52,438 nt of DNA from a virus (IMGVR_UViG_3300010054_000044:1-52438); one strand, 5' to 3'; positions 26,284-33,801 are shown, numbered from the stretch's first letter. Numbers and translations: made by a program. The notes: generated by a model from the sequence alone, not told the origin.

Positions 26284-27000
26284 CTAGTACCCTGTTGTGT
26301 AGTCGCCGGGGGCGCTGCCTGCGCCGGTATTCTGAACGGGGCGCGTGGTGGCGTGGTGTAGCTTCATCACTAGGTAGCGGGTGGCGTCCATCAAGTGGTC
26401 GTTGCTCTTAACGACGCGGCCTTTCTCGTCGCGGCGGTACAGCCGGTACTCGCCTAGCCAGTGCTGCAGCGTGCTAAACACTTTCAGGCGTCCAGTGCTT
26501 AACCGGTCCAGCACTTCCAGCAGCCCAGCCTCCACGCTCTTGTCAACACGGATAAGGTTCAGGCCTTCGTTTTCGTACAGCGTCATCACGCGCTTGCCGT
26601 CGCTCTGGTTCGTACCTGCGTAGTCGATGATTCCCGGCATCCAGCTGCCGCGCATCTTGATCGCTTTGGCGTGAACGGTCGGCTCAGCTTGACCTCGGTA
26701 GTGCTCGCTGTTCAGGTAGAGAATGTCGGTATCGCGGTCGAGCGCGCCCCATATTGCGGCGGTCTTTTTCCAGCCAACGTCGAGGCCATAAGCACGCGCC
26801 CACCAGCCAGGGATTTGGAACGGGTCACAGATAATGTCCTCTTCCGGCACCGGGTAGATGGCACCGCTGCCGAGCGTAGGAATGCCGTTCATGCGCGCCT
26901 CTAGCTGGTGTGGACTGATACCCTTCGCCATATCATCGATATCCTCTTGCTTGAGGTGCGGCGCATCTTTCCAGCCCGCTTGCACGACATACCGGCTCAA
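26284..27000 (-). CDS. terL: Terminase large subunit, C-terminal (lid + RNase H-like nuclease) part as a separate ORF
   Basis: AGW.DAPHL, G.P..GSG.IY, GLDVGW, DHLMDATRY; TTG start in TTGA overlap. Confidence 0.85.
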   Translation of the reverse strand: MSRYVVQAGWKDAPHLKQEDIDDMAKGISPHQLEARMNGIPTLGSGAIYPVPEEDIICDPFQIPGWWARAYGLDVGWKKTAAIWGALDRDTDILYLNSEHYRGQAEPTVHAKAIKMRGSWMPGIIDYAGTNQSDGKRVMTLYENEGLNLIRVDKSVEAGLLEVLDRLSTGRLKVFSTLQHWLGEYRLYRRDEKGRVVKSNDHLMDATRYLVMKLHHATTRPVQNTGAGSAPGDYTTGY

Positions 27001-27218
27001 CGCAGACCTACCATGAACTGTGCGCCTGCAATGGTCAGCACATCGCCAGTGCTAGCGTGCGGGTCTACCATGCGGGCCACTTTTATTGACAGCATGCCTT
27101 CTTTGATACCGCGCTCCCTCACTAGATCGGCAATGCGGGTAGCGGCTGACGTGGTGCGCTTCTGGTACTTGGTGCTGACGCTCGCGGCGAGATATTCGCC
27201 TTGGATGGGGTCGGTCAT
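26997..27218 (-). CDS. Small hypothetical protein inserted between terL halves
   Basis: GGAG RBS; coupled by ATGA and TTGA overlaps on both sides. Confidence 0.55.
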   Translation of the reverse strand: MTDPIQGEYLAASVSTKYQKRTTSAATRIADLVRERGIKEGMLSIKVARMVDPHASTGDVLTIAGAQFMVGLR

Positions 27219-27472
27219 ACTGGCTCCTGCAGGCTGCGAGCCTTGTAATGCTGGGTATTCTTGCGATTGACCACTATTTTCCAGTCGTCACGGAAAGTGT
27301 GGGAGAGCGTGAAATCCATATCGGGGGAATCGCGCATATCAACAATGCTGCCGTCTTTGCAGTGCATGTTGACGGTCTTGCACTCTGCATCCCATGCCCA
27401 ATAGCCGCCCCATTCCGGTAGCGTTACAGCGCAGCCTTGCTTCATACAGCTAAGCGCATCTTTAAAATTCAT
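27215..27472 (-). CDS. DUF2829/Tad2-like small protein inserted between terL halves
   Basis: MNFKDAL..MKQG..V..P.WGGYW...DDW.IV pattern; GGAG RBS; ATGA overlap. Confidence 0.55.
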   Translation of the reverse strand: MNFKDALSCMKQGCAVTLPEWGGYWAWDAECKTVNMHCKDGSIVDMRDSPDMDFTLSHTFRDDWKIVVNRKNTQHYKARSLQEPV

Positions 27473-29139
27473 ACCGGCTCCTGCTCATGCTTGGATTCAA
27501 GAAACGATACCACCAGCTCAGTTAGGCCAGACAGTGGCGTAAACGTCATCATCACAATGCCGCGTGTGGTCATTGTGCGGATCAGCGCCTCGTCGTATAC
27601 GTCTTTAGGTACCTCCTCGTCCAACCACACCACATCCTGCTCAGTGCCCTGGAAGATTCGACGGCCTTGGTCATAGCTGCGCAGCATCAAGCGGCTGGTA
27701 CCGCCGCTGGCGTGGCTGACATTGATCTCTTCGTACAAGTTGGCCACGCCCCTGGCAGGCGTCGGCTTGCCTAGCTTGTCGCGTGGAATCAGGCCGCTGC
27801 CGAACTCGTCGGTATTCCATAGGCCGCCGAGTAGCTTGCTCTGGATAATGTCGCGGGTGGTTTGGCTGGTATCGCCTGCAGCCAGTGCAGTGATTGGCTT
27901 ATCGAACGTGCGGCCTTCCCACCAGTGCGGGTACTCGCCAGTGAGGTGAAAAGCCATTTCTGCACCGCCAGCAATCGTTTTCCCGCAGTTATGGTGATAG
28001 ACGCCAGCGCCCCGATAGTTATTGAATACCGGAATATGAGCGTCTATTATTGGCTGGTAACCAATAGGAACGACAGCAGCGATAACTTCGCCACCCACCA
28101 AGCGAGGCATTGACGATGGGTAGAAAATCCCCAATTGATCAACACTTTCCCCAAATACTCCAACGGATTGAGGCGGGTGAGCCAACATACTTGATTGCTG
28201 ACAGCCTTGGGTTGACACGCCCTTCTCTTCAAGCCTACCTAAAGCGACGCGGGATAAAGAACCGCGCTGGCCGCATGCACCGAAAGCGCCTTGATGATAA
28301 CGAGCTTCGCCACCTAATCGAGGTTGAGCACCTGACGCAAGCGCAAGCCGCCGAAGCGCTTGGTGTCTCCACGTCAGCGGTAGAACGTCGCTGTCGGTCG
28401 CTGCAGCTGAAAACGGCGCGGACAGGGCCTCGACACGGTGACGGTCATCGTAGCTGGCAGGGTGGCCGCCGCGTTGACAAACACGGATATGTCGAGGTAT
28501 TCGCGCCTCTGCATCCTCAAGCGAAAGCGCCAAGCGGCTATGTGTTCGAGCACCGACTGGTGATGGAGGTTGTGCTGGGGCGATACCTGACTGCTGAGGA
28601 AGTGGTCGATCATCGAGATAACCACCCGCGGCACAACTGGCCTGATAACCTTCGACTGTATGCGACCAATGCAGACCATCTGCGCGCGACACTAACTGGT
28701 CGAGAGAAAGCCACCCCTCGTCGGTCAATACCCGGTGCTTACGGGAGCAGTCAAAGAATCGACCGCTGCCCAGCACCACACGAAACGCTGGCTCAATGCC
28801 CACCAGATGTGCGTCAACAGGTTGAACGTCACATTCAGATCCACCAGCCCATGCCCGAAGACTACCAGCGCAGCCGAACAGCGCTTCTGAGGCGCGGACC
28901 GAGCCAGCCGCCGTTTCAATAAACGTCCAGGGCGTGATGCAACGATTGCCTGCCATGAACAGGCGTTCTTTGTGGTACTTGCCTGCCCGGAAGAACTCGA
29001 GGTGCTTGCCGTACAGCTCCCGCCTATACGGGCCTTCATCGGGAAATAGGTCGCGTATCAGGTTGTAGCGTTTGCGCCTCGCCTTTTCTTCCAGCGCTGC
29101 CAGTAGCGCTAAGCGGGCAGCGCGGTTATCACTGCTCAC
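27469..29139 (-). CDS. terL: Terminase large subunit ATPase part (P22 gp2-like), intein-containing precursor
   Basis: ERLFMAGNR|CGKT Walker A, HLTG.YP.WW.G, WLDEE Walker B, TFTP motif III; predicted 238 aa after splicing. Confidence 0.9.
   Translation of the reverse strand: MSSDNRAARLALLAALEEKARRKRYNLIRDLFPDEGPYRRELYGKHLEFFRAGKYHKERLFMAGNRCITPWTFIETAAGSVRASEALFGCAGSLRAWAGGSECDVQPVDAHLVGIEPAFRVVLGSGRFFDCSRKHRVLTDEGWLSLDQLVSRADGLHWSHTVEGYQASCAAGGYLDDRPLPQQSGIAPAQPPSPVGARTHSRLALSLEDAEARIPRHIRVCQRGGHPASYDDRHRVEALSAPFSAAATDSDVLPLTWRHQALRRLALASGAQPRLGGEARYHQGAFGACGQRGSLSRVALGRLEEKGVSTQGCQQSSMLAHPPQSVGVFGESVDQLGIFYPSSMPRLVGGEVIAAVVPIGYQPIIDAHIPVFNNYRGAGVYHHNCGKTIAGGAEMAFHLTGEYPHWWEGRTFDKPITALAAGDTSQTTRDIIQSKLLGGLWNTDEFGSGLIPRDKLGKPTPARGVANLYEEINVSHASGGTSRLMLRSYDQGRRIFQGTEQDVVWLDEEVPKDVYDEALIRTMTTRGIVMMTFTPLSGLTELVVSFLESKHEQEPV
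28022..28050 (+). promoter_or_regulatory. Predicted sigma70 promoter for the antisense HNH gene
   Basis: TTGAAT-17 bp-TATTAT about 65 nt upstream of GAGG-N8-ATG (28116). Confidence 0.6.
28116..28922 (+). CDS. HTH-HNH homing endonuclease encoded antisense inside the intein
   Basis: Two N-terminal HTH-like segments; GYVFEHRLVME..LGR.L..EEVVDHRDN...HN.PDNL HNH motif; GAGG RBS. Confidence 0.85.
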   Translation: MGRKSPIDQHFPQILQRIEAGEPTYLIADSLGLTRPSLQAYLKRRGIKNRAGRMHRKRLDDNELRHLIEVEHLTQAQAAEALGVSTSAVERRCRSLQLKTARTGPRHGDGHRSWQGGRRVDKHGYVEVFAPLHPQAKAPSGYVFEHRLVMEVVLGRYLTAEEVVDHRDNHPRHNWPDNLRLYATNADHLRATLTGREKATPRRSIPGAYGSSQRIDRCPAPHETLAQCPPDVRQQVERHIQIHQPMPEDYQRSRTALLRRGPSQPPFQ

Positions 29140-29683
29140 CGCCCACCTGCTGTTGAAGTTTGGCGATACGCGCCTCTAGCTCGTCGTCAGTCAGGCTGCG
29201 CTCGGCGGTTTCGTCGGCCTTGTCGTCATCGTCCATCGAGTACGCCTGGCGTTCCAGCTTAATAACCTTGCCTAACGCATCCACGCCGCTATTCAAGCTG
29301 CGAGCGAACTCGTTATGGTTGGACTCGTCTACATCAACTTGGGATAGCGTAACGGCTAACTTGGCAGCAATGCCTTTCCAGTCGTTGATCTGCTGACGGT
29401 GGCCAAGCACTACCTGCGTGATTTCGTCTGCCGCTTCCTCAACAATCTCTTCGTCGCTTCGCGCAGTCTCTTGCGCGAAACTATTGCGCGAAGTTGTGCG
29501 CGACAACTTTGTCTTAGCTGTACTTCTTACCTGCTTTGACAGGTTGCGCTGCCAGCCTTTTTTTTGCGCTTTACTGCGTATCGTTGACTCTTTTGTGCCG
29601 TACTGCTCAGCAATAGCGCGTATAGATAGCAAGCCCGCCCGATAGGCGGCTTCGATAGCTTCCCAGTCGGGTGTCTTAGCCAT
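29129..29683 (-). CDS. terS: Terminase small subunit
   Basis: PDWEAIEAAYRAGLLSIRAIA HTH...W.R.L; LERQAY; directly upstream of terL. Confidence 0.8.
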   Translation of the reverse strand: MAKTPDWEAIEAAYRAGLLSIRAIAEQYGTKESTIRSKAQKKGWQRNLSKQVRSTAKTKLSRTTSRNSFAQETARSDEEIVEEAADEITQVVLGHRQQINDWKGIAAKLAVTLSQVDVDESNHNEFARSLNSGVDALGKVIKLERQAYSMDDDDKADETAERSLTDDELEARIAKLQQQVGGEQ

Positions 29684-29720
29684 AAAAAAACGCCACCATT
29701 GCTGGCAGCGTCTCCATGCT

Positions 29721-29918
29721 TTAGTGAATCGTTGCGTTCGCGTAGCTATCAACGCTGTCGGAAAGCCAAGTGCCGTCCGGTAGCTCTAGAATGAATGCAC
29801 GGGCAGTTTCATAACTGCACTCGTCGCCTTCCTCATCGATGAACGTGTCAATCTCGACCGTTTGGCCGGTGTCCAGTAGCGCTAAGCCTTTGCGCAGATT
29901 GATGGCTTCGACATTCAT
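29721..29918 (-). CDS. Small acidic hypothetical protein
   Basis: AGGTG RBS, ORF in the late operon. Confidence 0.55.
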   Translation of the reverse strand: MNVEAINLRKGLALLDTGQTVEIDTFIDEEGDECSYETARAFILELPDGTWLSDSVDSYANATIH

Positions 29919-30061
29919 AACGCTTCACCTGAATAGGTGCCGGACGCTTCACAGCGTGCGGCGGGTGTCGGTAGTGTCAGCAGTGCTTCACAGCATGGCG
30001 TGGCTACCTACCCCATCTAACGGTCAGGGGTGCCCGAGACGGATCGACCTCCTTTGCCTTT

Positions 30062-30571
30062 TCAGGCTTCCAGCTCGCGATCTTCGTATTTCCATTTATA
30101 ACCACGATGAGTTTTCTGCTTACCGCTCACTACATAGCTAACCGAGCCGTCATGAAAGCCTGCTTTCTTTAATGCGTACACATCTGTAAAAGCCAGCATT
30201 TCATTGTCGTTGAACCCAATAATGATTCTGCGAACAAAGCCAGTTATGGAATGAAAGCGCTTTTTCTGGATACAGTCGTGAACATTATCTTTCACGCTAC
30301 CAAGCTGCAGATGTTCTGGGTTGATGCAGGCTGGGTTATCGCAAGAGTGCATAACAACAAGGCCCTTAGGCACATCGCCTTTATGCAGCACATAAGAAAC
30401 CTTGTGAGCCCCTAGTCGCCTACTCCCTAGCGAAAACCTGCCGTAACCGTAGGGGTCTTTCCCTCCGCTGTACTCCCAGCAGCCGCTTTCGCTTTTAACG
30501 CATTTTGAAAGCAGTCTTTCTTTTGGGCATGTTCGTGAGCCGTAAGAAAACACTTCCCTTTTGGTAAGCAT
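30062..30571 (-). CDS. Free-standing HNH homing endonuclease with C-terminal NUMOD1-like DNA-binding domain
   Basis: GCWEYSG...YGRF...AHKVSY...VVMHSCDNPACINPEHL...N; HRGYKWKY; GAGG RBS; lower GC. Confidence 0.85.
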   Translation of the reverse strand: MLTKREVFSYGSRTCPKERLLSKCVKSESGCWEYSGGKDPYGYGRFSLGSRRLGAHKVSYVLHKGDVPKGLVVMHSCDNPACINPEHLQLGSVKDNVHDCIQKKRFHSITGFVRRIIIGFNDNEMLAFTDVYALKKAGFHDGSVSYVVSGKQKTHRGYKWKYEDRELEA

Positions 30572-30644
30572 AAACACCACCTCTGTGATTAACCTGGATG
30601 GCAACGCTTCACAGCGTGGCGTGTCGCTTCTCAGCGAGATAGAG

Positions 30645-30746
30645 TCAGCGCCTTTTGCGATGCCAGTACGCTGACAGTAAAAACGTGATGACAATCAAGC
30701 GCAGCCGGAGCCACGCTTCAACGCGCTTACTTGGTGTCAGCTTCAC
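30645..30746 (-). CDS. Putative 33-aa cationic hydrophobic peptide
   Basis: Manually translated MKLTPSKRVEAWLRLRLIVITFLLSAYWHRKRR; GTG start overlapping the holin end. Confidence 0.3.
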   Translation of the reverse strand: MKLTPSKRVEAWLRLRLIVITFLLSAYWHRKRR

Positions 30747-31170
30747 GGTAGAGGCCTGACTGCGCCTTGCCTTGCTGCCATGAGCTAATGCCCTTCTCCA
30801 CCGTGCGTCCGGTGACGTAGCCACCCACGCCGATGGTCATCAAGTCCCATAGCCGCTCTGGTAGATCTAGCTGCAGCCCCACGCCGAAGATCGCGCCAAG
30901 GTAAGGGGCTAGCAGATAGTTGTTCGCAATCACAGCAACTATCACGATCATCAACAGCGGTCGCCAGTTACGCTGCAGCCAGCTCTCGCCCTGCGCTTCG
31001 GCCAAGATGATCTGCATCTGAGCCTTGAGCAGCGAGTCTTGCGACTCGATGAGCTGCGACCGAATCTCCGACTTGAGCCGGTTGGCTTCGTCTTTATCGG
31101 TCACTGCCTTGTCGATGACGCCGAACAGCGGGCCAGTGATGGCGCTCAGCGCTTTCGTGACTAGATTCAT
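30727..31170 (-). CDS. 3TM holin-like protein (GTA-holin family)
   Basis: IDK.V.DKD.A..L...SWLQRNWRP...GY..GRT.EK. Confidence 0.75.
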   Translation of the reverse strand: MNLVTKALSAITGPLFGVIDKAVTDKDEANRLKSEIRSQLIESQDSLLKAQMQIILAEAQGESWLQRNWRPLLMIVIVAVIANNYLLAPYLGAIFGVGLQLDLPERLWDLMTIGVGGYVTGRTVEKGISSWQQGKAQSGLYREADTK

Positions 31171-31487
31171 TTTTTGGCACCCCTCACGCGGTCAGCCAGG
31201 GCCAGGAGCATTAGGTCGATACTGCGCGGGCCCGCCCAGCCGCATACCGCTGCCACGGCAGACGCAGGCCAGCCGGTCAGGTCGAAATAGAGATTGATAC
31301 CGGCAGCGATAGTAATCATGACCACCAGTGCCGGAGCATCCAGCCACAATCGACGCGTAAAGAAACGTTCACGCTCGCCGCTTTTGACCTCGTGAGCGAT
31401 TTTAGCGAGTAGACCCATAACGACTGCTACTGACGTACCCAACGCCAGCAGCACCTCCTGTATCAGTCCGGTGTTTCGCCATGGCAT
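31167..31487 (-). CDS. Holin-like membrane protein
   Basis: Three hydrophobic segments, basic C-terminus, next to the endolysin. Confidence 0.65.
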   Translation of the reverse strand: MPWRNTGLIQEVLLALGTSVAVVMGLLAKIAHEVKSGERERFFTRRLWLDAPALVVMITIAAGINLYFDLTGWPASAVAAVCGWAGPRSIDLMLLALADRVRGAKK

Positions 31488-32113
31488 CAGGCCACCTCAG
31501 TATCAATTTCGGCATACAGCGAAACCGCCATGCTGTCCGCCTGATCGCTTTCAACTTCGTTGCGCAGATTGACGACGCGCTTAAACCACCCGTATGCGAA
31601 GTCCTCTTGTCGTTCGTCTCGCTCAGCCAGCCCGCGACAGAAGGCGATGCGCACACCGTTGATAGATTCTGCCAGCACGTACAGTCCAGCGCCGCCACGC
31701 GCCTTGCGGTAATCGGCAAGCGCGTTCAGCGTGACAGGCCCCACGGCACCATCCACATTGAGATCAGGAAACAGCTTGCCGCGACTATTCAGCACGTTAA
31801 GCGTGCGCTGCAGCTCTTGCGCCGCTCGGCCTGGGCCAGAGTTAACGCCGAAGTCAAACAGGTATTCTGCCAGCGTGGCGCTCATCGGCGCGATGCGGTC
31901 GAGTCGAATACTCGTCCAGTAGCGCGCCTCGTAGATACGCACGGCCAGCGACTTGGGAAGGCTGCGCATATCACCGTGGTAGCCGTTCTCGCGCGCCACG
32001 GCCTGGGTGATGCCGTAGTTGGTCGGGCCGCCACGATCAGACGGGTGATTGACGTAGCCACCCTCTCGATCCATGACCGAGGCGACCAGTCGTTGCTTGA
32101 GGGAGGTTGTCAT
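31487..32113 (-). CDS. Endolysin, glycoside hydrolase family 108 with PG-binding domain
   Basis: EGGYVNHPSDRGGPTNYGIT, FDFGVNSG, VDGAVGPVT, FAYGW..RV. Confidence 0.92.
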   Translation of the reverse strand: MTTSLKQRLVASVMDREGGYVNHPSDRGGPTNYGITQAVARENGYHGDMRSLPKSLAVRIYEARYWTSIRLDRIAPMSATLAEYLFDFGVNSGPGRAAQELQRTLNVLNSRGKLFPDLNVDGAVGPVTLNALADYRKARGGAGLYVLAESINGVRIAFCRGLAERDERQEDFAYGWFKRVVNLRNEVESDQADSMAVSLYAEIDTEVA

Positions 32114-32148
32114 GTAGAGCTCCAGCGCCTCACGGCGGGGGAAAACAG

Positions 32149-32259
32149 AAAAGCCCCACCAGAGACTGGTAGGGCCTTAAACGAAAACGCCCCGGCTCAA
32201 AGCCAGGGCGCAGAATTCGATAGTGGGATTATTCTGGTTCAAAATGCGGCAGAGCGCAA
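32149..32259 (-). promoter_or_regulatory. Late promoter pR'-like followed by two terminators
   Basis: TTGCGC-17-CAGAAT (32259..32231); hairpin + U tracts at 32184..32211 and 32149..32178. Confidence 0.6.
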
Positions 32260-32260
32260 G

Positions 32261-32881
32261 TTATGCTGCCTTGGCGCTTGTGATTAGCGCTGCCACTGGA
32301 GCCAACGCCTGGCACTCCCAGCGGTCGAGCGTGTCCAAAAGCCGATCCCAGACGCCGCCCCACGTTGAACGGTCGCGCCTACGCCAGTCTCTTGTATTCA
32401 CCTCTTCCCCATGCTCCATCTCAATCCAGGCGGCAATCCTGCGCGGGTTATGCAGCCCCGGCCGGTTATACGGGTACGTCGTCTCGGCGTGGTGGTGAAT
32501 TGCTGCCGACACAATCCAGCGTAGTTGCCGCGCCGCTTCTGCGGTCGGGTATTCGCTCTGCCCCTGCCCTGGCAAGCGCATCTGCATACCAGCGTGCATC
32601 AGCGCGGCATGCAGCCACTCCCGATCCTCGGCAAGTTCGTCGCGTGTAAACGGGCCGAAGCAATAGCGGGCCAGCGCCTGCAAATGCTGCGGCAAACGCT
32701 CAACGACACTAATAACCTGCCCCGCTTCCAGACCATGCACTATCCGCCAGTCGTTGTTATTGCGCTGCGTCGTCTGTATCTGCGCACCCATGCGCGCTAT
32801 CTCTGCCGCGTGCTGCATCACGCTGCCACGCTGTTCGTGATAGCAGTCAAAGATCATCTGCCGTGCCGAGCCGTAACGCAT
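32261..32881 (-). CDS. Late antiterminator (Q-like) / late regulator
   Basis: Position between nin region and late promoter; size. Confidence 0.55.
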   Translation of the reverse strand: MRYGSARQMIFDCYHEQRGSVMQHAAEIARMGAQIQTTQRNNNDWRIVHGLEAGQVISVVERLPQHLQALARYCFGPFTRDELAEDREWLHAALMHAGMQMRLPGQGQSEYPTAEAARQLRWIVSAAIHHHAETTYPYNRPGLHNPRRIAAWIEMEHGEEVNTRDWRRRDRSTWGGVWDRLLDTLDRWECQALAPVAALITSAKAA

Positions 32882-33201
32882 CACCACCCCCTGCCGTTGC
32901 GCATTCGTTGCGTTTTCGTTGCGCTATTGCGCATTTGTTGCGTTTTGTTGCCCTTGAGTGTTGCGTTTTTCTCTGCAACCACTTCATTCCAAACGTCTTT
33001 TATCCGTTGCGGTGTTGCGTGCGGGAATCTCTTCACCCACTGCGTATGCACTGCCTTTCGTTGAGCTTGTGGCGCCCTGAGCATTTGCCGCGCAATGAAC
33101 ATCACCTCGCATTGCCGCGCCCATTCGTGCCATTCCGGCGGGTAACCGTTGAGGCCACCCAGTGGGCGTCCATCAGGCCATGCGGTAGGGCGCTCGATCA
33201 C
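32881..33201 (-). CDS. Hypothetical protein
   Basis: Coupled ORF in the nin region with GGAGG RBS. Confidence 0.5.
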   Translation of the reverse strand: MIERPTAWPDGRPLGGLNGYPPEWHEWARQCEVMFIARQMLRAPQAQRKAVHTQWVKRFPHATPQRIKDVWNEVVAEKNATLKGNKTQQMRNSATKTQRMRNGRGW

Positions 33202-33395
33202 GCGCTATCACCTCCCTGCCCTATATATCCCTGGTTTACTGACACCTCAGCCTCGCAGGCTGGACAGACCAACGCGGCTATGAATGGCCGGTCGCCCATG
33301 ATGGCCAGCGGCACGAAGGTTTCGCCGCACCGGCAGGCTGGGAATACGGTTTCGCCAGCGCGTGGCTTGCCGCCAATGTCGATCACGTCACCCAT
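33198..33395 (-). CDS. Small Cys-rich hypothetical protein
   Basis: CRCG...CPAC; GAGG RBS. Confidence 0.55.
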   Translation of the reverse strand: MGDVIDIGGKPRAGETVFPACRCGETFVPLAIMGDRPFIAALVCPACEAEVSVNQGYIGQGGDSA

Positions 33396-33801
33396 TTGTC
33401 ACCTCGGTTATGTCGCCGGTTATATTTTGCTGCTCGTTTTGTACTGGAATGATCTCGATCCACGTCCCCGTCTCTGCCCCCCGGTCGATCTCGGGCGGCT
33501 CCATGATCACCCGGCGCACATACTCGCCGCGGTCGTCGGGAAGCAAGCCTGCGGCGACCAGTCCGTCCTCGAGGTGCTTCACGTTCAGGCTGTAGTTGCT
33601 GGTGTCGCGCCGGCGCACGCCCTTGCCAAGCCTGGGGCGGAATACCAGATCCACACGCTGGCCGATCGGCTGGACGCCCTCGCGCTTCACGACACTGCGC
33701 ACAAGCAGATGGCAGCTATCGACCTCGCGTTTGCGCTTGGTCCAGTGCTGGCGGGTGCCTACGTTGGTGCTGGTGGCCAGGTAGGGAATGAACAACTTCA
33801 T
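33388..33801 (-). CDS. RusA-like Holliday junction resolvase
   Basis: RRDTSNY...K.LEDGL..AG.L.DD motif. Confidence 0.75.
   Translation of the reverse strand: MKLFIPYLATSTNVGTRQHWTKRKREVDSCHLLVRSVVKREGVQPIGQRVDLVFRPRLGKGVRRRDTSNYSLNVKHLEDGLVAAGLLPDDRGEYVRRVIMEPPEIDRGAETGTWIEIIPVQNEQQNITGDITEVTNG

Larger units (their letters stand above)
27988..28941 (-). mobile_element. Intein (318 aa) inserted in the TerL Walker A motif
   Basis: Starts CITPWTFI (block A), CSRKHRVLTDEGW (block B), F-block VVPIGYQPIIDAHIP..NNY, ends HHN followed by Cys+1; removal restores AGNRCGKT. Confidence 0.92.

Noticed and set aside
27001-27468. Group I intron explaining the terL split
   Set aside because: An in-frame U/G junction can be drawn, but the gap is fully occupied by coupled ORFs and I see no ribozyme core elements
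26988-27480. T4 gene 60-style ribosomal bypass between the matching GAGCCGGTATG copies
   Set aside because: Landing on the matched codon gives the wrong frame for the nuclease half, and the distance is 482 nt
28200-28700. Sense-strand LAGLIDADG domain in the intein
   Set aside because: No block C/E motifs; composition is explained by the antisense HNH gene
29920-30720. CRISPR-like mini-array from ACGCTTCACAGCGTG repeats
   Set aside because: Repeats are short, irregularly spaced and there are no cas genes
31481-32287. 268-aa + strand ORF opposite the endolysin
   Set aside because: No recognisable domain; typical GC-rich antisense shadow
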